A stretch of DNA of 59,369 bases from NCBI GenBank assembly GCA_043798445.1, contig JAZDOQ010000016.1, positions 1 to 59,369 on the forward strand, written 5' to 3'. Positions 29,612 through 38,596 of this stretch are shown here, one piece after another. The notes under the pieces were generated by a model. That model had not been told where the DNA came from. It saw nothing but the letters and a program-made list of their open reading frames with translations, and made no database searches. Both the position numbers and the translations under genes were made by a program. Within the stretch, counting starts at the first letter, position 1, and the number at the start of each line of letters is the position of its first letter. The stretch is from Candidatus Gottesmanbacteria bacterium (GTDB lineage: Bacteria; Patescibacteriota; Microgenomatia; UBA10105; UBA927).

Positions 29612-31938
29612 ATAAGCAGAATAAACACTAATAGAATTAGTATACTACTGATGCTTATAATAAATCCTGTAATGGCAGATAGCGGTTTAAATTGCATGAT
29701 AACAGTGTGTGTTCCTTCTGGAACAGCTATTGCCCGATACGTATAGTCTGCGCGGTAGATTTGTGCTGGATTTCCATCAATTGTTGCCGTCCATCCTGGA
29801 TAATACGTGTCAGTTAATACAAGAAGAGATGGTTTGTCGGTCTGCGTTTCGATGATAACCTTATTTGGTGTATAAACTTTTATATCAGCCATCGTTGAAG
29901 TGTTTAAGATGGTACTTGCAAAGTCAGGATTCCTGTCAAGAATGACCGTTTGCGTTGGGGAAAACGCTTCATTCACAAAACGTAATTCATACTCTGTGGG
30001 TGAGGTAGCGATTGAATATTGTGACGTAAGAAACGCTCGCGGAGTGACATTTTTGTTCTCCATGATATTCCATCCGTTCATTGATGTTGCATTTGTAAAA
30101 TAGGAAGCAGGGAATGTTTTTTCCGTACTGCCGTTTTCCATTCGGTCCAAAATGTACTTCACACCACCCAGGGATAGAAGGCGAAGTCTATTAGGGTTTG
30201 CCATGAGATCTTTTTCAACGGATAGCTGTGCGTTCGATCTGGTTGCGTCCGTGAATGTGTGTTCGATGGTTCCGTTTTTTGATAATCCGATAAATTCACC
30301 GTATTGTTTTGGGTAGAGCGGATCGTATCCTTGCATATCATATAAACCAATACCACTGGCAACATTGGCTGCAATGGTTCCGTGACCATATCCCCAAAAT
30401 CTGTAGATTCCTGCGTTATCCTTAAGCCATGTTGTAAGTGTCGTTGGGGGATAGAAAAATTCCTTTGGGGAAAATGGATTAAATTTATTATGAATATAGA
30501 AACGTTCTCCAATTGTTATAAGAAGAATAAAACAAACAAACAGCATTTTCTGTTTTTGTGTTTTTGCAAATACGATACAACCTGCCAAAGAGATGGCGAT
30601 GCCAAGAGTGAGAAAAATATTTTTTATATTAATTTCAACGTGAATAAGCTTGCATAGAAATATCCATCCAATAACTATGAACGGAGTTATGACAAATATG
30701 ATGCTCCATTTTTTTGTGTTCGTACTTCTTATCCATTCTTGAAGTCCAATTCCTGAAAGAACGGCAAGTGAAAATGAAAGAAGATATTGAATGTTGCTGG
30801 GAGAACTGCTTGTTAGCATTGAAAGAGGAATGTGATAGAAAAGCCATGAGATTGGATTATTAGTGAGAATGACTAATAAGAGTGCGGTTGAATAAATAAA
30901 AAATCGGTGAGTACTATTTTTTGCTTTTATAAATATAATCGCACCTAGCGCAAATAAAAGTGGTGCAAGTCCGATGGAAAGTGCTTTTGAGGGGTAAGAA
31001 CTCGTCAGAAGAAAATTACGTGTTGCAGGATTGCCAAAGGCATCAGGAGATAAAAATAGAAATAGCTCTTTTGGTTGAATAAGAAGATGTTCAAGAAAAA
31101 AATTCATGTCATGGGGTACTCGTGCGGCAAGTGTTGCAAGTTCAAGCGTTGGAAGAAGTTGGACTGCAGAAATACCAAGTGACAAAATGAGTGTACTAAC
31201 TAATGGGATGTTGATACGTTTTATTGTTTTTTCGTATGAGCGAAGGAGTGTATAGAGAAATATAAATATGCTTGATGCTGCAAATAGCTGTAGATGTCCT
31301 GCAAACGCAGAAAGAACAACGCTTAATGCCAAAAACCAAAGAAATCGTTTTTGTTTTGTGTGGAGGTATCGTTCGATTGAAAATAATGAAAAAGGAAGCC
31401 AAAGAACAACATGACCGATGGTGCTGTATTCCAAAAATACGGTCATAAATTGCGAAAGTGCAAAAGCAATTGCTGCAAAGAATGCACCGTATGACATAAC
31501 ACCGATGCTCTGCATAAAAAGAATCATAAATAATCCTGCAAGAAGCGGTTGAACAATGACGATAATAGTCCACGCGGTAGGGTATGGCAGTATGGTGCCA
31601 AGGTAGGTAAAAGGATAAAGAAGTGCAGCTTGAATATTTGCAAGGTGTGGAGTTCCAGAGAAGTTATGTGGATTCCATAGCGGAAATATTCCTGTCTTTA
31701 GGGAATCCCAAGAGAAGATTTTCCACGGAATCATCTGGCATAGCGCATCGAAGTACTGTGCTTTATTTGGATATGATCCCGAGACATATCCTAAGAACGA
31801 TTCATTTTTCCACGGTTGGTATTCTGCTACAAATAAATCACCTGGAAATGGAAGAAGTCCGAAGAAGAAAGTTTTATAAAAAAATAAAAACGTTGTAATA
31901 ATGATGCCAAAGAATAATATCGTTGTTGTCCGTTTCAT
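29608..31938 (-). CDS. YfhO-family GT-C membrane glycosyltransferase
   Basis: Motifs MIPWK, FPLWNPHNFSGTPHLANIQAALLYPFT and SPDAFGNPATRNF. C-terminal LTDTYYPGWTATIDGNPAQIYRADYTYRAIAVPEGTHTV, then a terminal TM. ATGA-type overlaps at both ends. Confidence 0.8.
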   Translation of the reverse strand: MKRTTTILFFGIIITTFLFFYKTFFFGLLPFPGDLFVAEYQPWKNESFLGYVSGSYPNKAQYFDALCQMIPWKIFSWDSLKTGIFPLWNPHNFSGTPHLANIQAALLYPFTYLGTILPYPTAWTIIVIVQPLLAGLFMILFMQSIGVMSYGAFFAAIAFALSQFMTVFLEYSTIGHVVLWLPFSLFSIERYLHTKQKRFLWFLALSVVLSAFAGHLQLFAASSIFIFLYTLLRSYEKTIKRINIPLVSTLILSLGISAVQLLPTLELATLAARVPHDMNFFLEHLLIQPKELFLFLSPDAFGNPATRNFLLTSSYPSKALSIGLAPLLFALGAIIFIKAKNSTHRFFIYSTALLLVILTNNPISWLFYHIPLSMLTSSSPSNIQYLLSFSLAVLSGIGLQEWIRSTNTKKWSIIFVITPFIVIGWIFLCKLIHVEINIKNIFLTLGIAISLAGCIVFAKTQKQKMLFVCFILLITIGERFYIHNKFNPFSPKEFFYPPTTLTTWLKDNAGIYRFWGYGHGTIAANVASGIGLYDMQGYDPLYPKQYGEFIGLSKNGTIEHTFTDATRSNAQLSVEKDLMANPNRLRLLSLGGVKYILDRMENGSTEKTFPASYFTNATSMNGWNIMENKNVTPRAFLTSQYSIATSPTEYELRFVNEAFSPTQTVILDRNPDFASTILNTSTMADIKVYTPNKVIIETQTDKPSLLVLTDTYYPGWTATIDGNPAQIYRADYTYRAIAVPEGTHTVIMQFKPLSAITGFIISISSILILLVFILLI

Positions 31939-33581
31939 ATATTGAGAAGTTTTTTTCGTGTTATGTACGGCAGTCCAAGAACAATGAAAATAGAAAATAT
32001 GGATATATAATCGGCAAGGAGCCTTGTTTTATTTTCTCTCCATAGTACAAGAACACGTGATGTTCCAGCTGGTACATCAAATGTGATAAGTCCACGATGG
32101 TTTGGATCTTGGAATTGAATGTTTGTTTTTTGATTGTTTACAAGAACATTCCAGCCGGGGAAGTACTGGGTATTATCAAGAAGTGTTATGGGAGTTGAGG
32201 CCTCGACAGAATACTCATGTATTGTTGAAGTCCGTTTTAGTTCTTTGATGGTAGCAATGCCTGCGATGAGTTCAATTTTTTCTTTTGGATACCCTTTAGC
32301 TGGCCCTTCTGACCAAATAGTATCGACCTCCCCATAATAATTTGTCGTAAGAGGGTAATCCCAGTAGTCTTGTTCATTAATCGTCTGGTAACCCTGTGGA
32401 GGAACCCAATAATAGACAGTAGAAAAAATAGTAAATAGTACAATACAGATAATAATAAACTGAGATTTAATGATTTTAACTATTGAAAATCCAGCAAGAG
32501 CCGTAATAAATGTGATGACAGATAGTAATCTCCATGGGTATTGAAATTGACGGAGTATGGATATGTTTTCCCACAATGGTTTACTGATGGGCTGCATAAA
32601 GAATACTGTGACAAGAAAAATAATTACGCAAAAAGAAGCAATCATCGTATCTTTTTTCCCATAGATAGTTTTTTTTATGATGATAAAGACTGAGGTGATA
32701 AGGGCAATCAGGTGAGCTATTCCGATTTGTACTGATACTTCATGAATGCGAAGCGATGAGGTGTTCGTAAAGTTCGGAAGGAAAAAATTAGCAAATGGTG
32801 CAAAATGGTCGTAAAAAAGATTTTTTGTTAACAGATATCCATACGTGTAATTGTGATCTAGAATTGCCGGAATGACAAAAAAACTAGCAATACCAATTCC
32901 TGCCATAAGTGAAAGAAGAGAGAGAATTTTTAAGCGAATTGGTGAGGGATAAAAAAGTGTGAATATAAACGCAACTCCAAAGAACACAAATCCTACAATA
33001 TTATGTGACATTGCCAGTCCTGCAGAACAAAAAGAAATAATCCAAATATTGTGGTATCGCTTTGATTCGATAAGTTTTACTACGCCATACAGTACAAATG
33101 GGAGTAGCGTGTAAGCATATATGCCTCCAAGGCTCCCACGAACCAAAATGTCAACAAGTCGAAATGGGGCAAACTGATAAAGGATGGTGACGAGTACGGC
33201 GGTTTGGGTGTCTTTCCATAGTGCACGACTTAATAGATACATGCCGATTCCGCTTGCAAGAAAGCTCAATAAAAATGACAGTTTAAGTGCTCCGGTGAGG
33301 CTGGATCCAAGTGCAACAAACACAGTAGTTATCATATAAGGAAGTGGATGAAAGAAATTAAATATCGGCGTTCCAAATCCGTAATTCAAATTTCCTGCCC
33401 ATCGAACGGGAAATTGACCCTGCATCACTTCCTTATAATAGGAAGCGATTCTTGCAAGATGCATGGCTCCATCACTCGTATGTGGAAGAGCAGATGTCGT
33501 AAACATTGAAAACATAGGAAGAGCTGAAAGAAGAATGATTACAATGAGCCACTTGTTATTTTTTAATGATTTCATAAACAT
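31935..33581 (-). CDS. Polytopic membrane protein of the PTPS-related / COG5617 family
   Basis: Motifs HTSDGAMHLARI, MQGQFPVRWAGNLNYGFGTPIFNFFHPLPY and FQYPWRLL. C-terminal QYFPGWNVLVNN..FQDPNHRGLITFDVPAGT, then a terminal TM. Start is uncertain: TTG 33593, ATG 33581 or ATG 33575. Confidence 0.7.
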   Translation of the reverse strand: MFMKSLKNNKWLIVIILLSALPMFSMFTTSALPHTSDGAMHLARIASYYKEVMQGQFPVRWAGNLNYGFGTPIFNFFHPLPYMITTVFVALGSSLTGALKLSFLLSFLASGIGMYLLSRALWKDTQTAVLVTILYQFAPFRLVDILVRGSLGGIYAYTLLPFVLYGVVKLIESKRYHNIWIISFCSAGLAMSHNIVGFVFFGVAFIFTLFYPSPIRLKILSLLSLMAGIGIASFFVIPAILDHNYTYGYLLTKNLFYDHFAPFANFFLPNFTNTSSLRIHEVSVQIGIAHLIALITSVFIIIKKTIYGKKDTMIASFCVIIFLVTVFFMQPISKPLWENISILRQFQYPWRLLSVITFITALAGFSIVKIIKSQFIIICIVLFTIFSTVYYWVPPQGYQTINEQDYWDYPLTTNYYGEVDTIWSEGPAKGYPKEKIELIAGIATIKELKRTSTIHEYSVEASTPITLLDNTQYFPGWNVLVNNQKTNIQFQDPNHRGLITFDVPAGTSRVLVLWRENKTRLLADYISIFSIFIVLGLPYITRKKLLNI

Positions 33582-35286
33582 AATCTTCACCAAATTGTTG
33601 CACTAGTTGAATATGTTGAAATTTACTGGCTTCTCGTTTGACGTCTATCATATATGTATCAGTATACTGCCATGCGTGGACAATAACATACCTGACATGT
33701 TGTTTTTCAAGCATAGAAATAGATTCTTTTGAGGGGAAATGTTGTAGTGTCATTGCTTGATCATGATATATTTGAGGGAAAAATCCACTATATCCGTTAA
33801 GCATTCGTTTTCGATGATAACTCGAAAAATACGTTCGATATGCTTCTAGAGCATAGACTTCATTTTCTTTAATTTCAGAATACTGTTGAAATAGTTGATC
33901 TTCCATTGATGTAATAATGCTGGAAAAGGGTCTAAATGGAATCTCAACTATAATTGAAGAGTCTGATTGTTTGGATAACCATTGGTAGACAACGGGTATA
34001 TCCTTTTGAAGAGGAATGGGAACTGAAGGAGTTTGAATCTGCCACACCTCAATCATAAAAAGAAGAATAATAAGACCAGCAAGAAGAAATTTAAATCTTC
34101 TTTTGAGAATATGTGATAGACCAATCGCTGCAAGGGCTGAGAACGCAAGGACAACGATAATGCTAAAACGGGATGGTACACGTATGGTTTGCATGAGAGG
34201 AATAAATTGATAGAGGTAATAGTATGGCATAGTGACATGAAACCATTCGAATTTTCCAATGATGATGTCCAAATATGGACCAAATGATAGGATCCATGCA
34301 CTTATGCCAGTGAGTGATAGGAGAGCAACATATTTTTTATACTTTTTCCAACCGACGATCATTCCGAAAATTGCTAGGATTGTCAATGTAGCGGTGAGAT
34401 ATAGTGGTCGTTCGTTGATGTTAGTTGGAAACATATTGTATGTAGCTAACCAACTTGTAGGGAGTACAGTTTTGTAGTCAACTAGTTGTGCACTAAATCT
34501 GGCAGAGTCTTCGAGTGATCGTTTGATTTGGGGATATTCAATTTTTAAACGGATATATGGATATAAAACAAGAATTAATACACCCATCATTGGAATGAAA
34601 AAAATGGCTAAACTTCTTAGAATTCTCTTTAATGTTTTTATGGATTTTTCTTTAATCAGTCGTATCGATTCAAGAACAATAGTAAATATGACAAAAGGGA
34701 TAAGAAATATTCCAAAATATATTGAAGAAGCTATGCTTAGTAGATAAAAAAGGAATGTTAACAGTAAGTGTTTCCATGATCCATGCTCCATGTATTTGAT
34801 TAAATAGAGAACAAATAATGGGATCCATTGGCTGCTAATCATTGGCATATGTCCAATTTGAGCAAGCCTAGGATAAGCAAATGCAAAAAAGATGCCGGAT
34901 AAAAATGACGCTAATAGATGTTTTGTGAGAAAGTAAGAAAGGAAAAACATTGAAATTGCAGCAAGAGGAAACGTTATGAATATGTACAAATTTTCTGTGA
35001 GTACAACATTGTTTGTCAGCAGTTGTATCGGCATTGTAAAAATGGTTTGACCGTATAGTGTGTCTGAGAACGAAAGGGTATTTCCTTCAGGATAGAATAT
35101 ATTTGTATCAAGCATCCCCCTGCCTTTTTGAAGAACAGATTGGGTATTATGGTTAATGTTCCAAGCATAAAATACCGGATCAACCGCATTAGGGAGATTT
35201 GTGTGTAGCTTATTACTATAGGGTAAAAAAATGAGGTAGGTTATGAAGCACGTAAGGAGGATGAGAATAAGTACTGCTTTTTTCAT
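33556..35286 (-). CDS. Uncharacterised polytopic membrane protein with a C-terminal extracytoplasmic domain. GT-C-like architecture is inferred.
   Basis: ATG 35286 (MKKAVLILILL) is preceded by GGAAG 4 nt upstream. First loop DPVFYAWNINHN..NIFYPEGNTLSFSD. About 12 hydrophobic helices, then a soluble domain of about 150 aa. I recognise no family motif. Confidence 0.45.
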   Translation of the reverse strand: MKKAVLILILLTCFITYLIFLPYSNKLHTNLPNAVDPVFYAWNINHNTQSVLQKGRGMLDTNIFYPEGNTLSFSDTLYGQTIFTMPIQLLTNNVVLTENLYIFITFPLAAISMFFLSYFLTKHLLASFLSGIFFAFAYPRLAQIGHMPMISSQWIPLFVLYLIKYMEHGSWKHLLLTFLFYLLSIASSIYFGIFLIPFVIFTIVLESIRLIKEKSIKTLKRILRSLAIFFIPMMGVLILVLYPYIRLKIEYPQIKRSLEDSARFSAQLVDYKTVLPTSWLATYNMFPTNINERPLYLTATLTILAIFGMIVGWKKYKKYVALLSLTGISAWILSFGPYLDIIIGKFEWFHVTMPYYYLYQFIPLMQTIRVPSRFSIIVVLAFSALAAIGLSHILKRRFKFLLAGLIILLFMIEVWQIQTPSVPIPLQKDIPVVYQWLSKQSDSSIIVEIPFRPFSSIITSMEDQLFQQYSEIKENEVYALEAYRTYFSSYHRKRMLNGYSGFFPQIYHDQAMTLQHFPSKESISMLEKQHVRYVIVHAWQYTDTYMIDVKREASKFQHIQLVQQFGEDYVYEIIKK

Positions 35287-35338
35287 ACCACTTCCTATTT
35301 TCTTAGGGTATAATAGAGGTATCATACACGGTACGAAT
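35287..35338. promoter_or_regulatory. 52-bp divergent intergenic region with candidate bidirectional promoter
   Basis: Plus-strand TATAAT at 35309-35314 lies 25 nt before ATG 35339. Its complement gives TATTAT on the minus strand (35310-35315). GGAAG (complement of 35291-35295) lies 4 nt before the minus-strand ATG. Confidence 0.4.
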
Positions 35339-36964
35339 ATGTTTTCCAAGTGGATTATATTTATTGTAATAATTTTAAGCGCTTTTATTTTACGGTTTTA
35401 TGCAATTGATCGTATTCCGCCTTCACTTTCGTGGGATGAGGTGTCTATTGGGTATAACGCATATAGCATTCTTCGTACGGGTCTGGATGAACATGGGAAA
35501 TTCTTGCCCATAGATGCATTTGCTGGATACGGCGACTATAAACCGCCTCTTTCTATTTATCTGACTATTCCTTTTGTTGTGATATTTGGACTTACTGAGG
35601 TATCTGTTCGTTTCCCTTCAGCATTATTTGGGACATTGACCGTGCTCATGACGTTTTTTTTGGTGCGAGCGCTCTTTTATAAATCCAAAAGCGCGACGCT
35701 TCCGTTGTTGTCTTCTGCGCTTTTTGCAATTTCTCCATGGCATATTAATTTATCGCGTGCTGGGTTTGAGGCAAATATCGCGCTGTTTTTTATAGTGCTC
35801 GGTGTGTGGTTGGTACTGAAGGCAAGAGAGCAGAAAAACTATTGGTTTTTTGCCTGGATACCATTTGCACTGTCGATGTATACGTTCAATAGCGCTCGGT
35901 ACTTTGTTGTATTTATTGGTATAGCCCTCTTTATATATTCGTTTTCTTCAATTAAAAAGCACATTGTGCCGTTTCTTTTTGGTTTGGGTGTTGCCGCAAT
36001 TATCGTTTTTCCACTTGTCCCACATCTTTTGTCAAAAGAGGCGCGGCTTCGTTTTGTCGAAGTAAATATTTTTACGGACGCATCAGTTGTAAAGACCGCA
36101 AATGAGAGAATTGAGCGGGGAAAGAATAGCATACTTGCAACCGTGTTAAACAATCGAAGAATTGGATACGCACGAAGCTACCTACTTCATTTTTTTGATA
36201 ATCTGCAGCCTGATTTTTTGTTTATCAAAGGAGACGGTAATCCAAAGTTTTCCATACAGGATGTGGGGCAGCTATATATAATGGAAGCCCCATTTCTTGC
36301 TATTGGCATCCTTTCGTTATTTGTTGCGCATCCTTCTGTCGGAGCACTTTTGTTATTTTGGCTCCTTGCATCGATTATTCCAGCTGCCACTGCCCGGGAA
36401 ACGCCGCATGCACTTCGAATACTTAATTCATTACCAACATGGCAGATATTTATTGCGTTTGGCATTGTCACGTGTGGAACAAAGATGAAAGAGTGGAGTA
36501 AAAAAATAAAACTATCAGTTCCGGTATTTGTTTTTGTGTTGATAGGACTATATGTATTCAGTATCACGTATTATCTTCATAACTATTATCGTCATTACGG
36601 AGTTGAATATTCAGGGGAATGGCAATATGGATACCGAGAAGCAATTGCTGCATCAGAGAAAATAAAAGATAGGTATGACACGATTGTAATGTCCGAAACC
36701 ATCGGGCGACCGTATATGTATACGTTATTTTATACAAAAACGGATCCTAAAGAGTTACTGAGAACAAAAGACGCGACATTTGATTCTGCAGGGTTTTACC
36801 ATGTGTATGGATTTGGAAAATACCGTTTTGGTGGGACGTTGCCGACTCCACTTGCGCCAAAGACACTCTATATTTGGGATTCTGCTCCTGAGGATGCACG
36901 TATTATTGAAACAATACGTTTGTTAAATGGAAATCCTGTACTCGTGTTGTTTGACAAAAAATAA
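35339..36964 (+). CDS. GT39 (PMT_2)-like GT-C glycosyltransferase
   Basis: ATG 35339 (MFSKWIIFIV). Motifs SWDEVSIGYNAYSILRTGLDEHG, GDYKPPL, SPWHINLSRAGFEAN and FGKYRF. The 35243 extension overlaps the divergent gene. Confidence 0.8.
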   Translation: MFSKWIIFIVIILSAFILRFYAIDRIPPSLSWDEVSIGYNAYSILRTGLDEHGKFLPIDAFAGYGDYKPPLSIYLTIPFVVIFGLTEVSVRFPSALFGTLTVLMTFFLVRALFYKSKSATLPLLSSALFAISPWHINLSRAGFEANIALFFIVLGVWLVLKAREQKNYWFFAWIPFALSMYTFNSARYFVVFIGIALFIYSFSSIKKHIVPFLFGLGVAAIIVFPLVPHLLSKEARLRFVEVNIFTDASVVKTANERIERGKNSILATVLNNRRIGYARSYLLHFFDNLQPDFLFIKGDGNPKFSIQDVGQLYIMEAPFLAIGILSLFVAHPSVGALLLFWLLASIIPAATARETPHALRILNSLPTWQIFIAFGIVTCGTKMKEWSKKIKLSVPVFVFVLIGLYVFSITYYLHNYYRHYGVEYSGEWQYGYREAIAASEKIKDRYDTIVMSETIGRPYMYTLFYTKTDPKELLRTKDATFDSAGFYHVYGFGKYRFGGTLPTPLAPKTLYIWDSAPEDARIIETIRLLNGNPVLVLFDKK

Positions 36965-36966
36965 AT

Positions 36967-38595
36967 ATGAAACGATTTTTACTATTGGTTTGTATCCTGG
37001 GAATCGCCATCGGTTTTCGGTTTTGGCAACTCGGGAGTGTTCCGGTCAGTCTTGATTGGGATGAAACAGCACTTGGATATAACGCATATTCGATTCTTAA
37101 AACCGGTCGGGATGAATACGGGACATTCTTACCGCTATCCATCCGATCATTCGACGATTATAAACCGCCATTATATGTATATTTGACTGTACCGTCAGTT
37201 GCTTTGTTTGGATTGTCTCCGTGGTCAACGAGACTTCCTTCGGCCGTTATGGGAGTACTTGCGGTTCTTGGAACGTATTTTTTGGTTCGAGAATTATTCA
37301 AGAAATCGAACAGTATACCACTTATATCAGCGGCACTATTGGCCATATCTCCATGGCATATTCAATTTTCTCGTATTGCGTTTGAAGCAAATATTGGAAT
37401 CACTGTAAATATCTGGGCGGTGACGATATTTCTCATAGGGTTAAGAAAAAAAATATTCCTTCCGTTTGCAGCTGTGCTTTTTGGTATTGGAATGTATGCG
37501 TATCATAGTGAACGGATCTTTTTGCCGCTTCTTCTTTGTTTATTACTTGCTGTGTACTGGAAAAAAATATTTATAAAAGAACACACAAAAATGCTGATCA
37601 CATCCGTTATTGTCGGACTCATTGTTGTTATTCCTCTTATACCGGTTTTATTTAATAAATCAGCAATGATGCGCCTTCGTGGAACAAGCTCATTTACTGA
37701 TCAAACAAATTTATTGTCGCGTGACATTAAAAAAATTGAAACAGACAGGCAGTTGGGAGATACATTCGGTGCACTGCTTGATAACCGTCGCATTGTTTGG
37801 GCAAAAACTATTGCCTCCGGATATTTATCACATTTTTCTTTGCGGTGGTTGTTTTTAACTGGAGATAATCCGCGACATCACGCGCCGGATATGGGGCTTT
37901 TATACTTAATTGAATTACCATTTTTGTTGTATGGACTGTATATGCTTGTAAAAGTAAAGGAGTATAACACTGAAGCAAAATTACTCATCGGCTGGGTTCT
38001 AATTGCGCCTGTTGCGGCTTCTCCAACAACAGGTTTGCCACACGCAATACGGTCGTTAGTATTTTTGCCGGTGTTTCAAATGATAACTGCTATCGGGATA
38101 GTATCGTTTTTTGGTAATGTGAGGGGAAAAATAAAATGGATGCTTATCGCGCTGGCCGTTATCGGAATGTTTGCAAATATTGTCTATTATCTCAATATGT
38201 ACTTTGTTCAGATGAATCCTGAATTTTCAGAGTACTGGCAACAGGGAAACAAGGAAGCAGTGATGTTAACAGAAAAATTGAAATCAAAATACGACAAAGT
38301 GGTCGTATCAACGCAGATAGAACAATCGTATATGTTTTTCCTTTTTTATACAAAATACGATCCAGCGCTGTATTTAGCGGGCGGCGGAACAAATTCTGGA
38401 AGTTTTGAAGAAGCAAAGAATAAGTTCGATAAATATGAATTTAGGGTTATTAAATGGTCACAAGAAAAACGTGATGGAAGCATCCTGTATGTTGGCGCTC
38501 CAGGTGATATGCCGCGCGGAAATGTTGGAAACATCACATTTTTAAACGGAAAACCAGCGATAGAAATTGCTGATCAACCAAATGGTGCGCCATAA
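36967..38595 (+). CDS. GT39 (PMT_2)-like GT-C glycosyltransferase, tandem paralogue of 35339..36964
   Basis: Motifs DWDETALGYNAYSILKTGRDEYG, DDYKPPLY, SPWHIQFSRIAFEAN and FDKYEFR. Confidence 0.8.
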   Translation: MKRFLLLVCILGIAIGFRFWQLGSVPVSLDWDETALGYNAYSILKTGRDEYGTFLPLSIRSFDDYKPPLYVYLTVPSVALFGLSPWSTRLPSAVMGVLAVLGTYFLVRELFKKSNSIPLISAALLAISPWHIQFSRIAFEANIGITVNIWAVTIFLIGLRKKIFLPFAAVLFGIGMYAYHSERIFLPLLLCLLLAVYWKKIFIKEHTKMLITSVIVGLIVVIPLIPVLFNKSAMMRLRGTSSFTDQTNLLSRDIKKIETDRQLGDTFGALLDNRRIVWAKTIASGYLSHFSLRWLFLTGDNPRHHAPDMGLLYLIELPFLLYGLYMLVKVKEYNTEAKLLIGWVLIAPVAASPTTGLPHAIRSLVFLPVFQMITAIGIVSFFGNVRGKIKWMLIALAVIGMFANIVYYLNMYFVQMNPEFSEYWQQGNKEAVMLTEKLKSKYDKVVVSTQIEQSYMFFLFYTKYDPALYLAGGGTNSGSFEEAKNKFDKYEFRVIKWSQEKRDGSILYVGAPGDMPRGNVGNITFLNGKPAIEIADQPNGAP

Positions 38596-38596
38596 T

